Shown: positions 12,908 to 26,859, counted from the whole stretch's first letter. The stretch: DNA of 63,699 nucleotides, filler included, from Octopus bimaculoides (GCF_001194135.2; 6 parts of 6 records of this genome joined end to end with filler, not necessarily neighbours in it), one strand, 5' to 3'. A program made the numbers and translations. The notes: generated from the sequence alone by a model not told the origin.

Positions 12908-13242
12908 CAGTGGCGGACTGACCAGGTTTCCAGCTTGCCCGATTGCAAGTCTGCCCCTGCACCATTAGAATCTATATTTATGGGGGCCCATGTTAGTATG
13001 TAAGGGGCCCATCCCCTCAAGATTGAGCATTTTTTAATCCACTCCTGGAAGTATGCATTATTTCAGCCTGGCTGTATTTGTATACAAGAGAAAAGAATAC
13101 TTTTAACAAAATAATAATAATAATGATAATAATAATAATAATAATAAATAAATAAATAAATAAATAAATAAACGATAGCATTGTAGTTGCGAGTGAGCCC
13201 CCTTAGTCTCCTGGCAACCAATATTTTAAAACCTAGTCCGCC

Positions 13243-13246
<4 letters not shown>
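12908..13246. mobile_element. hAT-like MITE
   Basis: Left end CAGTGGCGGACT, right end AGTCCGCCAC(AA); embedded in (TA)n so no TSD can be read. Confidence 0.6.
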
Positions 13247-13284
<38 letters not shown>

Positions 13285-13287
<3 letters not shown>

Positions 13288-13474
13288 GAGAATATACGAA
13301 AAAACAACAACAGACGAGGACAGGTGGTGTAAATAACAAAAGGATGTATTAGTATGACGCTCGGGAATACGGAAAGTCTTTGACGTTTCGAGCTACGCTC
13401 TTCAACAGAAAGAATACGGAGACAAGGAGAAAAACACGGAGAAAAAAAGTTGAATAGTGTTCAGTCAACGGTCA
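13285..13474. repeat. Penelope-associated terminal repeat containing a hammerhead-shaped motif
   Basis: Same family as 1-56, 6690-6778 and 22040-22200; HHR-like fold on the minus strand at 13377-13413. Confidence 0.6.
13377..13413 (-). ncRNA. Candidate minimal type I hammerhead ribozyme variant
   Basis: Minus strand reads UCUUU-CUGUUGA-A-GAGC(GUA)GCUC-GAAA-CGUC-AAAGA: stem I 5 bp, stem II 4 bp, palindromic ACGU stem III, GUC cleavage triplet; core has A6>U and one extra A. Confidence 0.4.
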
Positions 13475-15360
13475 TATATATATATACTCTCAACCAAACA
13501 CGCAGAACAAGATACACACATACGTACATACATACATATATATGAAGCCAACTACATGCATACGAAACTTATGAACGATATGACCTAAGCAATTGACTTC
13601 AAATTTTTTCACAATTGTCGTATCTTCTTTATTCAGATACTCTTTCTATTGATATCTACTTTCACTGATTTCTTTCTTGTGCAATTTATCGTCTTTATAC
13701 CATGCATAAGGTAATGATATATTTATATGAAAGCGTTTGAGTGCGTTTGCGTGTATTTGTGTATCTCTGTGTGCGTGTGGGTGGGGATACATTTCTATAT
13801 GTTCTTGTAAATCTAATGGTGATATCCATCCACCAAAAATCTTCCAATAATTTCTCGAGCATGGAAACTTCACTTGCACAAGAAGAAAAAAATGAACAGT
13901 GATTTGCGAATTGCATTATATCATCTATAAACATATATGTACCATACATTCCATAGTCATTACTACGTAAGTTACCAGGTGGTGCAATTAAGTTAGACAT
14001 GACCTGGGCCTATACTGACCGAAACCTAACAAAGTTACCAAAGTTAATATCTTCTAATTAACCATTCGTAACTATTTTAACATTTTGAATTACCAAATAT
14101 ATCAAGACGAATAAGAATCAACAAACGAGATTAAACTTAAATTCAGATTTATTCAAGCACTAATACAATATTGCCAGTATTATCATATCTAAGGTAGACA
14201 TTTCTGAGCCCAGCAATCTTCTTGCTTATGATTCCGATTTACAATATTACACTTCCTATCAACTAACAATAAACTTAATATTTCTGTTAATATTTTACTG
14301 TTATAGTGTAGTAAAATGTTGCATATTTATAACATGATTTACCACTAATAATTCTGCTCTGTTTCAATGTTCCACTCTCTTTCAATGTTTTCTGGTGAAA
14401 TATCAAATCATTTCCAAGTAAACTGTACATAATTATGTAGCAATAGATTCATTGTCAATTTATGTAATTTGTGTAGCTCAAAATTGAGTTAAATTATTTT
14501 GTTTTGCTTATTTGTGAAATATATTATTTAAACTCTATTCATTATACATATGCCAGCTGGAGATTGATGAAATAATTATCTCTAAATTTATGTTTTATAC
14601 ACAAAAAATTCCGTGGATACATATGGCGTTTATGTTAGTAAGCGATCCATCTGGTACGATGAATGTAACTTAACTAAGTTCTCGATCATGTATTTTCACG
14701 ACTATTTTAAATTGGTATGTTATCTAGGAGAATAAATCTGTTTAGAATACAAATATATGATATTGATGACGACCACACTCTGTTTACTATTCGAACTTTC
14801 CTGACAAAAACAGGATGCCTACTGGACAATTACATTTGGAATAAAAATTTGAAGTCAATACTTTTGATTTATTCCTTCTCTTGTTTAACGTAACAGTTGA
14901 AAAGCGTGACGACTCGAGACAATTTGTAACCATCATGATCCTATAGCTCTATATTAAACAGAACGGATATAAAATACTGAGAAAACTGCTAGTGTCAATT
15001 CTATTTTAAAGAATGCGTAATTCATAGGAAGTAAGTAAATTAAGTTATGGTCTATTTTTCATTTTAGTGGTTTTATTTACGTTTTCTCTGTAAGCAGCTG
15101 CAAGAAGGAATACTTCAAAATATTGTTATTCTAGTCAAGATGCCGGTCTTGAAGAGGACACATAAAATAGATTTCCAGCAGTTACCTTTAAACTGGCCAA
15201 CTAATCCTACTTTACTTAATTATTCCTGTAAATCTATGCTCTCATTACAGTGTAACCGGGGTCACTAAGCTGGCAGAGTCTATCGAATTACTGGACGAAA
15301 TGGAAGGTTTTCACTTCTGAATATACAAAATTTTAGCCTATCATGTAATATCATTTTCTG

Positions 15361-15423
<63 letters not shown>

Positions 15424-17579
15424 ACTGTGTCTGTGTGTCTCTCTGTGTGAGTCCATGTGTGTGTGCGCGCGCACGTGCTTGTGTATGTGTTTTTGTGGTC
15501 AGAATTCTAATGTTTATCACATCTTAATAGTGGCATCAAACTTACATAATTTAATCAAGAGATGTTCGTGTTTTCTCACCCTCCCTTGCTTCATCTACAG
15601 GTTAAAAGTATGTGTAAAATATTGAAGATGTCAACTATGAAAATAAAATTATTCATCATTATGTTTAAATGGACAACAACATGATTCTCTCAGGGTCACC
15701 ACAGACATCATTTTGATGCTTTAAGATAAATGCCAATATCTTATCTGAATAATGGAAAGAAATATATTTGAAAAGGACTAAGTAATGGAAACCAACCGAT
15801 TACTCTTTGTCAACATACATATAAAATATATATTCCAGACATCAAGTAAGGTCACTTGTAATTTATGTAATGCTTTTCGATTAGAGTTTCATCTGATTAT
15901 TTTCAGACTTTCACTGCTTCTTTTCATGTAACTGAAGTCTAATTTTGCTTAGCGAATTTATAATTAGATTTAATTGACTGTTTTATTAACAAGAGCAAAG
16001 CTTCAGGAATATTAAAGTATACAAAAGAAAGGTTGTAGGGTCGATTTGCTCTACTAAACCTTCCAAGGCCGCAGTCTAATGACTGAAACAAGTAAAACAT
16101 AAACGATTAAAGATATGTTCCTCGATTCTACTCATTTTGCCAGTTGCAACTTTAGGTTCATTCTTATCTTTTTTGAAGCCGAATTTGCTTACTATTTTTA
16201 TATTCCAGTCAGAAGAGAAGGCAATATACATAAAGTGTTTACAGGTTTTCAGAGTCTTATGGCATGGTGTACGGAAAGAAAGTATTCTCAAACGAGAAAT
16301 CTGAATGACTGTAGCCAAGAGAAGTCTACTAAAAGCATCTAAACTATCAGATGATAGCGATAAACCGAGTGGAAGATAACGTCTTCCACTCAACTAGGAT
16401 ATGTTGCAGAGATTTAGAAAAAATATCAGCAAACATCTGATTCGATGTTACAGTTTCGTCAGTATATCGTATTGGATACATTTATCGATCTTGTTGCGAA
16501 TTGGAACAAATACCACGAGACATTTACAGTTAAAATAAGAAGAAAAAGTACGTAACTCCCGACGCATACACTCATAAACATAATTAAAATAAGCATTAAA
16601 GAAGTTTAAAAATATATAAAATGCGACTTTTATTATAAAGGTAAAATAAAGACGGTTTAGATGTGCATCTTTTCAACACAGCTCACCTAAAGGTAATTTC
16701 TTAACAGTAACGCACCAATGACTGAGTCTTAATATGGTCGCACAACTGCGCAAAAATAGGAGCCAAATCTCTCTTTCGTTGTCTAGCACTTTAAAAAAGA
16801 AGGATACAATTGAAACATTGTCCAGATAGTAAATAAAATAAAAGAATCCCTTATGATCGGAAGGCTGTTGATTATGAAAATGCTGAATCAAGGTTGTATT
16901 AGGCTAAACAGCAGTAATAAAAATGTTGGTTTTAATATATGTTATTTCATTCTATAGCCGAAGCCTATCACAGCTAAGCCCCTTATCTGTTTAGTAAGCC
17001 GCAAGAAAATAAATAATCTTTATACTTGCATTAGACAATGTGCCTGTGTGTGGAAATTGAATATATAAATAGTGTTTTGTATAATAATCATTCATACCAA
17101 TGACCTTGACACAACCTGCCTACGTCTTTCACATACGTGTATCTTTGTGTTTGTATACATTTTCCAGTCTCCCAATCTCCCCTGTTTCACATATCTAACC
17201 TTTGACTTTTAACTACCCAACGAACATTCTGGTTATTTATAACCTCGACCAGTTGCTTCATTACGTTCAAATTTCAGCCGAAACAATTATCTTTCTTTAA
17301 TTTCTGATAAAGGGACCTTCTTGACGAATGGTCTCAACTCATTAGGCGTTTCGAACTTACAGAAACAAAATTCCAAACACTTTCAAATCATAATCTGTTA
17401 TGGAAGAAAAACGAACCCATTTCATTGTGTAGTTTTAAGCAAACTATATCTGAAAATAACATGGAAGGATTTAGCAAAGCTATGACCACAGATCATAAAT
17501 GTTCTAAATCAAAGTTAACGTAGGGTAAAAGGATTGAAAGAAAAATTACAATAAGAACAATTATAGCAACAACTATTTC

Positions 17580-17645
<66 letters not shown>

Positions 17646-17646
17646 T
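17580..17646. repeat. (ACT)n microsatellite
   Basis: Direct reading. Confidence 0.95.
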
Positions 17647-18038
17647 TGCTGCTGCTACTGTTGCTGCTGAATGCATTAATTGAGTTTGCTGGCTCAAGTG
17701 ATAATTAATGAATATTGTTTGGTAAATCTGGAAAACGGTAGTGGGAGTGGTTCACTTTTTATTAAATCTAGGCGACACCTGCTGTTTATATCCTTCATAT
17801 CGATCAGAGACCGATGGTTTTTATCCGTTAACGTTCAACTGAAGCTGCGAGAAAATACGTGCATGGAGGGGATTCTAGATGACCGACTCTCCAGAGAGGA
17901 AGGACTAGCAATAGATGTTAGCTCAGGAAACATGAAAAAGATATACTATGGATCATGAGAGGAGAAGAGAAGTGGATTCGAACATAGTTTGTGAGACGCC
18001 TTTATTATTATTCTCTTTTATCATGATCAAACTGCGGT

Positions 18039-18229
18039 GATTTGGTTGCTATTTCTAGCAGTTCAGTGACCGCATAGATGTTCTATTTTTGAATTCACTA
18101 AGTATGGTAGTTGATGTCCTCCAGCTTGAGGTCAGCCGTATTGCCAAGACTATTCAAGATGCAGCCATCTGTGCCATTGATTGAGCCTCCGCATGGTCGC
18201 ACAACTGGGCTAGAAATAGCAACCAAATC
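18039..18229. repeat. Short fold-back with perfect 21-bp inverted arms
   Basis: GATTTGGTTGCTATTTCTAGC (18039-18059) and GCTAGAAATAGCAACCAAATC (18209-18229). Confidence 0.8.
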
Positions 18230-20123
18230 TCTCTTACATAATCTTTTAGAAGCGCACCATTGTTGATATCCTGTTAGGTATATAACATAACAAAGCTGAA
18301 ATGTGGATACATTGATAACGAACAAAGTAATTCAGTTCTTCGATTAAATTTGCACGAATGAATTCATCGGTACGACTGCCTTGCTGTGAAATGATATTAA
18401 GCATCTACATAGATCGGCATAAATGGGCTCACGCTAGGTCCCATACTTCCCGGACGAACGAAGTCAAAGAGGGTTCAACGGAGATCCATCAACCTATGAA
18501 TAGAGCAGTGTTCCAGTATGGTTGGAAAGCTTTGTTTTTCTGTGTCTCTTGGCAACTTTTATTTCAATTTGTTACGAAGAAGTTCTAAACTTCATTTATG
18601 AAACAAAACATGTGGTATAAAGGAGAAACACGCCAAATTATCTACTGATGTACCTTCGTGTAACATCACTTCCACTTGTTTATTGGCAGTAGGAAAAAAT
18701 GACATTACAGACACCGTAGAATGTTTATTGTCTAATGCCTCCCCCCGAGATACACACACAAACACACATACACACACATATATATATACACATACACACA
18801 TATACAGTATACATATGCCAAATCGTATTTGCTTTATTGAGCGCTCATTAATTCAGTTATGATTTGATCGTCTTCGCTTTTATCCAACCAAACTTGGAGG
18901 ACTTGCTAGACTTCCCCGTCGACGACATGATCATGTTGTACAATCCATGTTTCCGCACAGTTTTCAGCTACAGTATTTTACTCATTATGCACTGATGAAT
19001 TTGAAGCCATGGTTGAAATGAGTTATGTATGCTACTATGAGAAAATCTGTTAGTCATGGCGATCGAAAATTTAGCAGCGTTATCTTTCGTCATACGGTGT
19101 ATTGAAATATCGGGTCACGAGTTTTAAATACCTCTTACGTTGTTATAGAGATGAATGTGTACACTGAAGTAGTTGTCAATACTCGCTTCGATACTCATGC
19201 GAACACTCATTTAACATTTAAATAATGAGGTCAGATAGAGAATGAAAAGAACTGGGTAAAATGAGACCTGATGAACATATACTATGTTTGTGTAACAAAT
19301 TCCACTCCAAAAAGCTTTGTGTTTGTCATCATAGAGAAAAGAAGCACGTGAACCCTAAAAAACCTGTATTGATCACTTGTAATTAATTACATTGAGATTT
19401 GAACGTCAACAGATAAAGATAACCTGAGTTTTAATCAATTTGATATCATTTAACTCAATGTAAAGAGAATATATACGAACGCCCTGCAATTAATTAGACA
19501 TGTCTACGGAGATCAACATTAGCGCAGATATGTTATTAATATAGTACTAGTGGGCTAAGCGTACACAACGGAGACAGTATTATGCTATGACAAAAAGAAA
19601 AATTATAAGCGACAACGTATTCAACATTTTCCAACCAGATTCATTAATAATGATTTGCCGACGGCGAACATTTAAATATTTTGAAATAAAATTTACGTTA
19701 TTCAAATTTGCCACACACACACGCACGCGCGTGAACACACACACATATATNNNNNNNNNNNNNNNNNNNNNNNNNNNNNNNNNNNNNNNNNNNNNNNNNN
19801 NNNNNNNNNNNNNNNNNNNNNNNNNNNNNNNNNNNNNNNNNNNNNNNNNNNNATTTATATATGTGAGTCTGTGTGTGTGTAAGTATGCACAAAATTAAGA
19901 CAGTGTGTCTGGTATTTCAATATCAGCACTTTTATTTCAATATCTGTTTATACATTTCTGTCACTTGGAATCTGTCAAGAACCCAGAATCAATTCATGTG
20001 GTGGTAATCCAGCGTTTTATTTCATACGTGTTACCTAGCAACAATTAGTTGCTAGCAGTGATATTAAGTAATAAAGCACCTCAAACCTGAAAATTATTAC
20101 GTATTGACAATGTGCCAATTTGT

Positions 20124-20189
<66 letters not shown>

Positions 20190-20204
20190 GACTACTCTTT
20201 AGGT

Positions 20205-20640
20205 AGTGAGTTCAAATCTCGTTGGGGTCAATTTGTTTCTGTCTTTCTTTCCTTGGTTGTTAAAATATAGAGCCGACCTCGTTGTGTGGAAAATGACGTC
20301 AGCTCAAATCTGCACTTCAAAATCGTTTAAATTAGAAACAATTCTTGTAATCAAAGGAGGCGAGCTAGCAGAATCTTTTTGGGTTCGATGAAATAAGTTC
20401 CAGTTGAGCCCTGAGGTTGATGTAATCGACTTACCCACTCACGTGCACTTGCTGGCCTCGTGCCTAAATTTGAAATCAATTAAGTCGGTGAGCTGGGTGA
20501 ATCATTAGCGCAGCGGGCAAAATGCCTAGTGGCATTTCGGGGTCGATAAATTAAGTATCAGTTGAGTATTGTGGTTGTTGTAATCGACTAACGCCCTCCC
20601 CTCAAAATTCAGGTATTTTGCCTATAGTAGAAAGGATTAT
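20205..20640 (+). mobile_element. Cluster of SINE family A fragments
   Basis: GAGCT(A/G)G..GAATC..TAG head motifs, GGGTCGATAAATTAAGTA core and GCCT..AGTAGAAAGGATTATT tail. Confidence 0.75.
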
Positions 20641-20669
20641 TAGTATTATTATTATTATTATTATTATTA

Positions 20670-21725
20670 GCATTTCTCTTTATCGCAGGTTTTGTTGGTG
20701 CTCCTGGAGTCTTACATGCATAGCAGACTTGCTACCGGCAGCCTAAGGTACCATACTGTCCATTGTTTTTAGCAATCCAATACTTTCTTGATTATTCTGG
20801 CCGAGTTTGCTAGTTTCCGACTCCGCCATTCTCTGCGGTTTGTGCTCATACCACGTCTTGCCTCTCTGTAGCCTCCACTTTTCGCAGTTTCCAATGTAGC
20901 ACTTTCACTACCTGGTTGTGTCGCCACAACTTGTAGTGGTTTTGGACAAGTCTAGGGTATTCTTGATATGAGCACATGATTTCATCCACTCAATTGCAGA
21001 TGCGGCACAGCGAATATGCTTACTCATTCCTAAGGTTGACCCCCACCCAGTTCGTGGCGAAAGCCTGGTCTTGCGCTGCCAGTATAATGCTTTCGGTCTC
21101 TTTTTTTTAATGTTCTTTTGATCAAACAATCCCATCTAATTTTTCCAGCAACCTTTCATGTGGCTTCTTGGAATTCATTGTGTAGCTCCTTCTTGCGTAA
21201 TTATTCTTCATGTCCTTTTTGCACTTCTTCTTTTGTTTCTCCTTTTTTCTCTGCTTTCAATACTCCCTCGTTCATAACTGTCACTAGCAAGGTCTCCTTA
21301 CTTTGGGTTAGGTATCTCATTAATCTCTCGAGTTCGATACACACACAGTCTTCCAAACTTATCAGTCCCCTTCCTCCATTTGCTCTGTTCATGTATAAGC
21401 GATCAGTGTCAGCACGTGGATGATGGGCTTCATGTATCGTTAGGAGCTTTCTTGACTTCCTGTACATCTCCTTTAGTTCCTCCTCTGTCCACTTCAGGAT
21501 TCCAAGACCATACCGAACTACTGCGACTGCGCGCGTGTCTATTGCTGAAATTATGTGTTTGGCATTCAGCTTTGAAGCCAATATTTTTCTCAATCGCTGC
21601 ATGTACTCACTTTTCGTCTTTTTCTTCATGTCATAGTGTTTGATTCCATCTGCCTCAAATATTCCCATGTATTTATAGCTGGATTGAGCCATACCACGAA
21701 AAGAAAGATTCTTCTTTAAAGGCAC
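20670..21725 (-). mobile_element. R4/Dong-clade non-LTR retrotransposon, 5'-truncated and internally deleted
   Basis: ORF 21201-21725 (YKYMGIFEADG...HHPRADTDRLYMNRANGGRGLISLEDC); downstream ETESIILAAQDQA and RHNQVVKVLHWKL motifs; jumps to the terminal ARIIKKV-like motif; 3'UTR ends in (TAA)n at 20644-20669. Confidence 0.85.
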
Positions 21726-23279
21726 GTTACTTATACACTATTATATATTCAAATATTTATGTCTTCTGAATTCTAATTACGCTTGCTGAACACTGGTAAA
21801 AAAATTATTACGATTTTTAATAATTTTTACCCTGTATATATATATATATGTATGTCTATATGATTTTCGTTTATTTTTATATATTTACTTATTTTTGAAT
21901 TTTGGATTCTTCCATCGGATATATTCTGGAGTTTAGAGGGCTTTGAGTTTTAATGTTGCGAACAATATCATTCTTGATTTTACCATCTTTTTGAGTTTGA
22001 GGATATATAAATATAAATATAAATATGTGGCTTGACTGTACAAAAAACAAAAGACAGAAACAGGCGAGAGAACAACATCTAAGGTGGACAAGTTTGACGC
22101 TCCGGAAAGATGGTAGAGTCTTTCAAGTTTCGAGCCTACACTCTTCGATAGAAAGGAATCGAGAAAGGAAACGGGGAAAAAACAGAGAGAGGATACAAAC
22201 CGATATCATGTTTCAGAATGTGTACGAAATCGACTTGAATGGCGTTCATTAACTCAATTACTATGACCATCCAATTATTTCCGATTCATCACAAGGGATC
22301 ACACACAAAGTCCTTTCAATGAAGCAGTTTATTTCCGAGCAAAAATATTTCTGCTAAATTTGTGATCGTATATAAATTCTCAAACAAAATGTAAACTCAT
22401 GAACGATATTAATTGTGACATTGAAACTCAGAAACCCTCTAATCTCCAGAATATATATCCGATCAAAGAATCCAAAATTCTGAAGAAAAATCGAAGTATT
22501 GCAAAATATAAATACATGGAAGGAAACTAGATAAGAAGCAGTAAACATAGTACTCTACCAAATTATCTGACAAGTTTTTAAGTCTTAATTCTTCTTAGGT
22601 TCTGGTGAATGGTACTGTAAATCATTCGGAATTGTTCTTTTTTTTCTTTTAGCTCTTTTAGGGATTTGGTGAATATATTTGCAGACTGAGAGATAGATAT
22701 TTTCCACTTAATCATATCCGGGCCCTTTTCAGTTGTTCTTAATGTATAGCTGTTTATCGTTTATCCTTTCTTCATTTTCAGAATCTTTCTCAAGTAGAGA
22801 ATCATGTTCAGACTATGCTTGCCCGCAATTAATTCATTAACTATCCCTACATTATGCTCTAGTTGCTGTACTTTATCTGCTCTCGGAGCTGTTTTGGCAT
22901 ATATTTTGCATTTGTCTCCTAGGTCCCGATAAACTGGTTTCGATGGGGGGAAACGACCTGTCCGCTGAGTTCAAAGACGCGCTGTCGCTTTTAATAACTG
23001 AGGTTTTGTGATTTAACGAGGTACTTTGTTTTAGGAACTCTTTCATCTCTGTTATTTCTTTTTTTGCTTTATGTTATTTTTCTTTATTTGTATGTCATTT
23101 TACTTATTTTTTCCCTTTTCATTGCCTCTATACTTTAGTACAATGTGATCGTTTACTTTATATCCTCTGTTTATCTGTACGTTGATTTCCCAAGTTTAGA
23201 TTCGNNNNNNNNNNTATATATACATGCATATGTTTATGTATATATATATACGCGCGCGCACACATACATACACACATAT

Positions 23280-23310
<31 letters not shown>

Positions 23311-25164
23311 TATCGATCTAATGGTTTTAACTACTCGAACATCTCTCCATTTAGAAATTTAGAATACTGTAAAAGTCAAAATTTACAACTTTAGATCTTT
23401 CAACCTGAATTGTTTTCACATGTTCTTTGGTGTAATTCTAGTTCAGCTTGTACTGGTCGATACTCTCTACGCATAATTGTGTTTGACTTCGTTGTGTTAT
23501 ATTTTACCGTTTATTTTTTAATTTTTTTTTATCGCATTAACAGTATTTTTCTGAACTTTTTTTCCTCTCGTTGTTTATAGTTTTAATGTTATATTATTTA
23601 TTATTTGCGTTTTGTTGAATTCTTTTGTTGTTGCTTGTTTGTATTTTCGTTTTGTATTAGCTTTTAAGTGTTCTATTTCACTGTCTAACATAGTTTGGGT
23701 TTTAAGAATATATCTTTTCAAATTAGCAAGTATGTTAGGATGTAATGTCATTGCTATATCAGGCTTATGTTCACTTCAGGTAATGTAAGTGTATGTTTTG
23801 GGAGTTACATATTTTTTCTTCTAGATTGTAAATGTAAAATGTGCCTATAGTTCAAAAACATTCCTCTTTCTTCCCAATATTTTCTTTTTAATCTTTTTGT
23901 GGCCTTTGAAGTACAGTCCTATATTTAGAATGCCATCATTTTTCATTGAGGGCCAATTTTTCTACTATTGAGTAATGCAAACGTTAGCATATGCTAAATT
24001 TTTGTACATTTATCAATGTATTTTCTTTTATCTATTTATACCAAGAATGATTCTTGCAGTATTCTTTGCTTTATTCGTAATGTTTATTTTGGGGCAGTAT
24101 TACCTGGTGTGTAGTTGCTTTTAGTTCTATTAGTAAGTTTATGTGTAATTGTCAGATACTGAATGATTTTGCCGTTAAATATAAGTTACTTAAATGACTG
24201 TCTATATGACATATATATTCATACAAATAATTAAAGGCTTACTGTACTAAATGATATATGCAAGACATTCTTAATTGTTTTGGAATTTAGTCCTTATTAA
24301 ATAAAGAAAGCAAATATCTTAGGGTATTTGCTAGTGAATAACAGAAAAGAGGAATAATTTTCAAAATTTGGAAGCAATTTCACAAAATTCAAGTAGTTGC
24401 GGAGAGTACCATGCAAGGGTACCGCTACAGAGATATATAGGTTTTATTGCTCGTCATCAGCAAAAGACGAAGTTAAAATCGAAGATCCTTAGTCACTCGA
24501 CAAAGCATTTCATATGTGATAAATAATTTTGTATATGTCATACATGTAATTCCCATATTTAAAAATATTAAATAGCCGAAGGAATGCACGTCATGTGAGT
24601 GAATAGCAGGAATCTAAATATATATTTTAAATTATGAAAGGCATATGCAAACAAGGTGATTATGCACATTAAAACTGTCCAAACTGTTCATATCTTTTCT
24701 ATCTTAGAAAACATGTTGTCTTCTGATGAAAGAGGCTCGAATGTGACACTAAACTGCTGTAAGGTTTCCATAAGATTAACAAATTCTGATATCTGTTACC
24801 TTTTTTGTAATCAAACATCAAATGACTCCAAAGAACGTTAATTAATTTTCTGAAAGTTCTACTTAATTTCTTGTAATTAATTTCTTATTTGAGAGTTTCT
24901 AAATGTTATTGCTATGTTTTTGTTCCTCTGCAACTAAAAGGGCAATTTCAATGAGTTGTTAATTGTTTGTGTACACTATTTAGCACATCATCCATCCATT
25001 TATTCATTTATTTATAACTATGCCACTTGCCTACTTGATTTATTTCCCTTGGTTTATTTTATTAATTATATGTATAGTCTTCTTCACTGTTAATTTATCG
25101 GTTAAATGCTTCATTTTGGAATCAATCAGTATGTGACATAAATTAAATACAAATTGCGTACTGT

Positions 25165-25700
25165 GGTCGATCTAACCGACTGACCCCCTCCCCAAAATTT
25201 TGGACCTTGTGCCTAGAGTAGAAAAGAATATTTTTCAGGGTTTAAGGCAGTGAGCTGACAAAATGTTAGCACGCCGGGTGAAATGCTTAGTGGTATCTCG
25301 TCTGTATTTACGTTCTGAGTTCAAATTCCGCCGAAGTCGACTTTGCCTTTCATACATTCGCGGTCAAAAAATTAAGCACCAGCTACGTACTGCAGTCGAT
25401 CTAATCGACTGGCACCCTCACCAAAATCTCGGTAGAAAAGAATATTATTCAGGGTTTAAGGTGGCGAGTTGGCAGAAACGTTAGCACGCAAGGCGAAACG
25501 TTAGCACTCCGGGGAAATGGTTAGCAGTATTTCGTCTGTATTTACGATCTGAGTTTAAATTCCGCCGAGGTCGACTTTACTTTTCATCCTTTCGCGGTCG
25601 ATAGTCTATGTACCAGTTGCGTACTGGGGTCGATGTAATCGATTGGCCCACTTCCCCAAAAATTCGGGCCTTGTGCCTAGATTAGAAAAGAATATTATTC
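25165..25700 (+). mobile_element. Head-to-tail array of SINE family A (two full copies plus one tail)
   Basis: A-box/B-box heads (GAGCTG.CAGAA.CGTTAGC; GAGTT(C/T)AAATTCCGCCG) at ~25250 and ~25465, joined by a repeated GAAAAGAATATT.TTCAG.GTTT linker. Confidence 0.85.
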
Positions 25701-26859
25701 AGAGTTTCAGAAATAAGACATTGCTTATACGCAAAGTAATCGAATAAATCACGGAAATGCATGAAAATGATCAGTCTTAACAAATGCAATATGGGACTGC
25801 ACGAAAAAGGTTTATATTTCCTAGAAATACTGTTGCCTGTATCATGTCTATGTCTATGTTATTATAGCTAATCTGTTTATGTATTTATAGAAATGGTTGT
25901 GTATCTTTCCACTTTGGTGAATTACAAATACAATGATGGACACTTTCCTTAATAATGTTTTTAATTCAACAACAAATTTGGTGTTTGAAATTTGTAACTA
26001 AGGCGTATGTAGAGAATCTGCTCCACGTTGTTGTGTCTCCAAATGTATTTCTGCGAAAATTGTTTAAAACTTTCCAACAGAATATGGTATCGTTTCAGAA
26101 AATACTGTACATTTCCGACAGCTGTATTCTAAGAATTTTACACAATCCTCTCAGTAAAGTCTTGTGGCGGTAGTTTTCACTTGTATGGTGAATTTCGCAG
26201 CCTCTGCATCTCTCTTACCCTCATTCGAACTAGCTTTTTCATTTTAGGTAATGTTGATCCTTTTTAAATTTATAGGTGGTGCATTTAGGCCGTGGAAGTA
26301 TTGACCATGCCAAGGCATTACATTGATGAATATTAAGCATTGCTAATTTATATTCCGTTAATCTTTTCACTTCGGTTCTCATTTAGGTTCTGCTTTAAAT
26401 TTTAGTTAAAAATTACTAATTCAATTGGAGTCCAGCAGGAAATATTCTTATGAATATGAACAACTAGGTACCTACTACCCAAGTCTTGCATTCAGCTGTC
26501 TTTTGGTAATCAGTCTTAAACTTTCATAATATTCCTTATTTCGTTTAATTCATATGTATAGGCTATGCCCTGTCTATTTTATTTATTCTTGTGCCCTTTC
26601 TGTTTGCTTATATTGTGCTATCTTTTTTTAACGCTTGTTTGTCTAAATTCCCATTACTGTTCTTGATGTTCCTCTCGTTGAGATTGCCTTGGTGCAATTT
26701 TACAACGCAGATCTCATGGATTACTCTATTAAATTTGAAAAATCATGTAAGTCGCAGCACACAGTTTGAATTAATCTATAGACAAACTATGGTTCGTTAT
26801 ATTCCGATAACAGTTTTGCATGAATCAAACCTTTTTTTATCGTGTTTTTTGACGGTGTT

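Noticed and set aside
1-13474. Direct repeats 1-56 and 13419-13474 as an LTR pair bounding a 13-kb retrotransposon
   Set aside because: No TG...CA ends, PBS/PPT or gag-pol between them; further copies occur elsewhere, so they are dispersed repeat copies.
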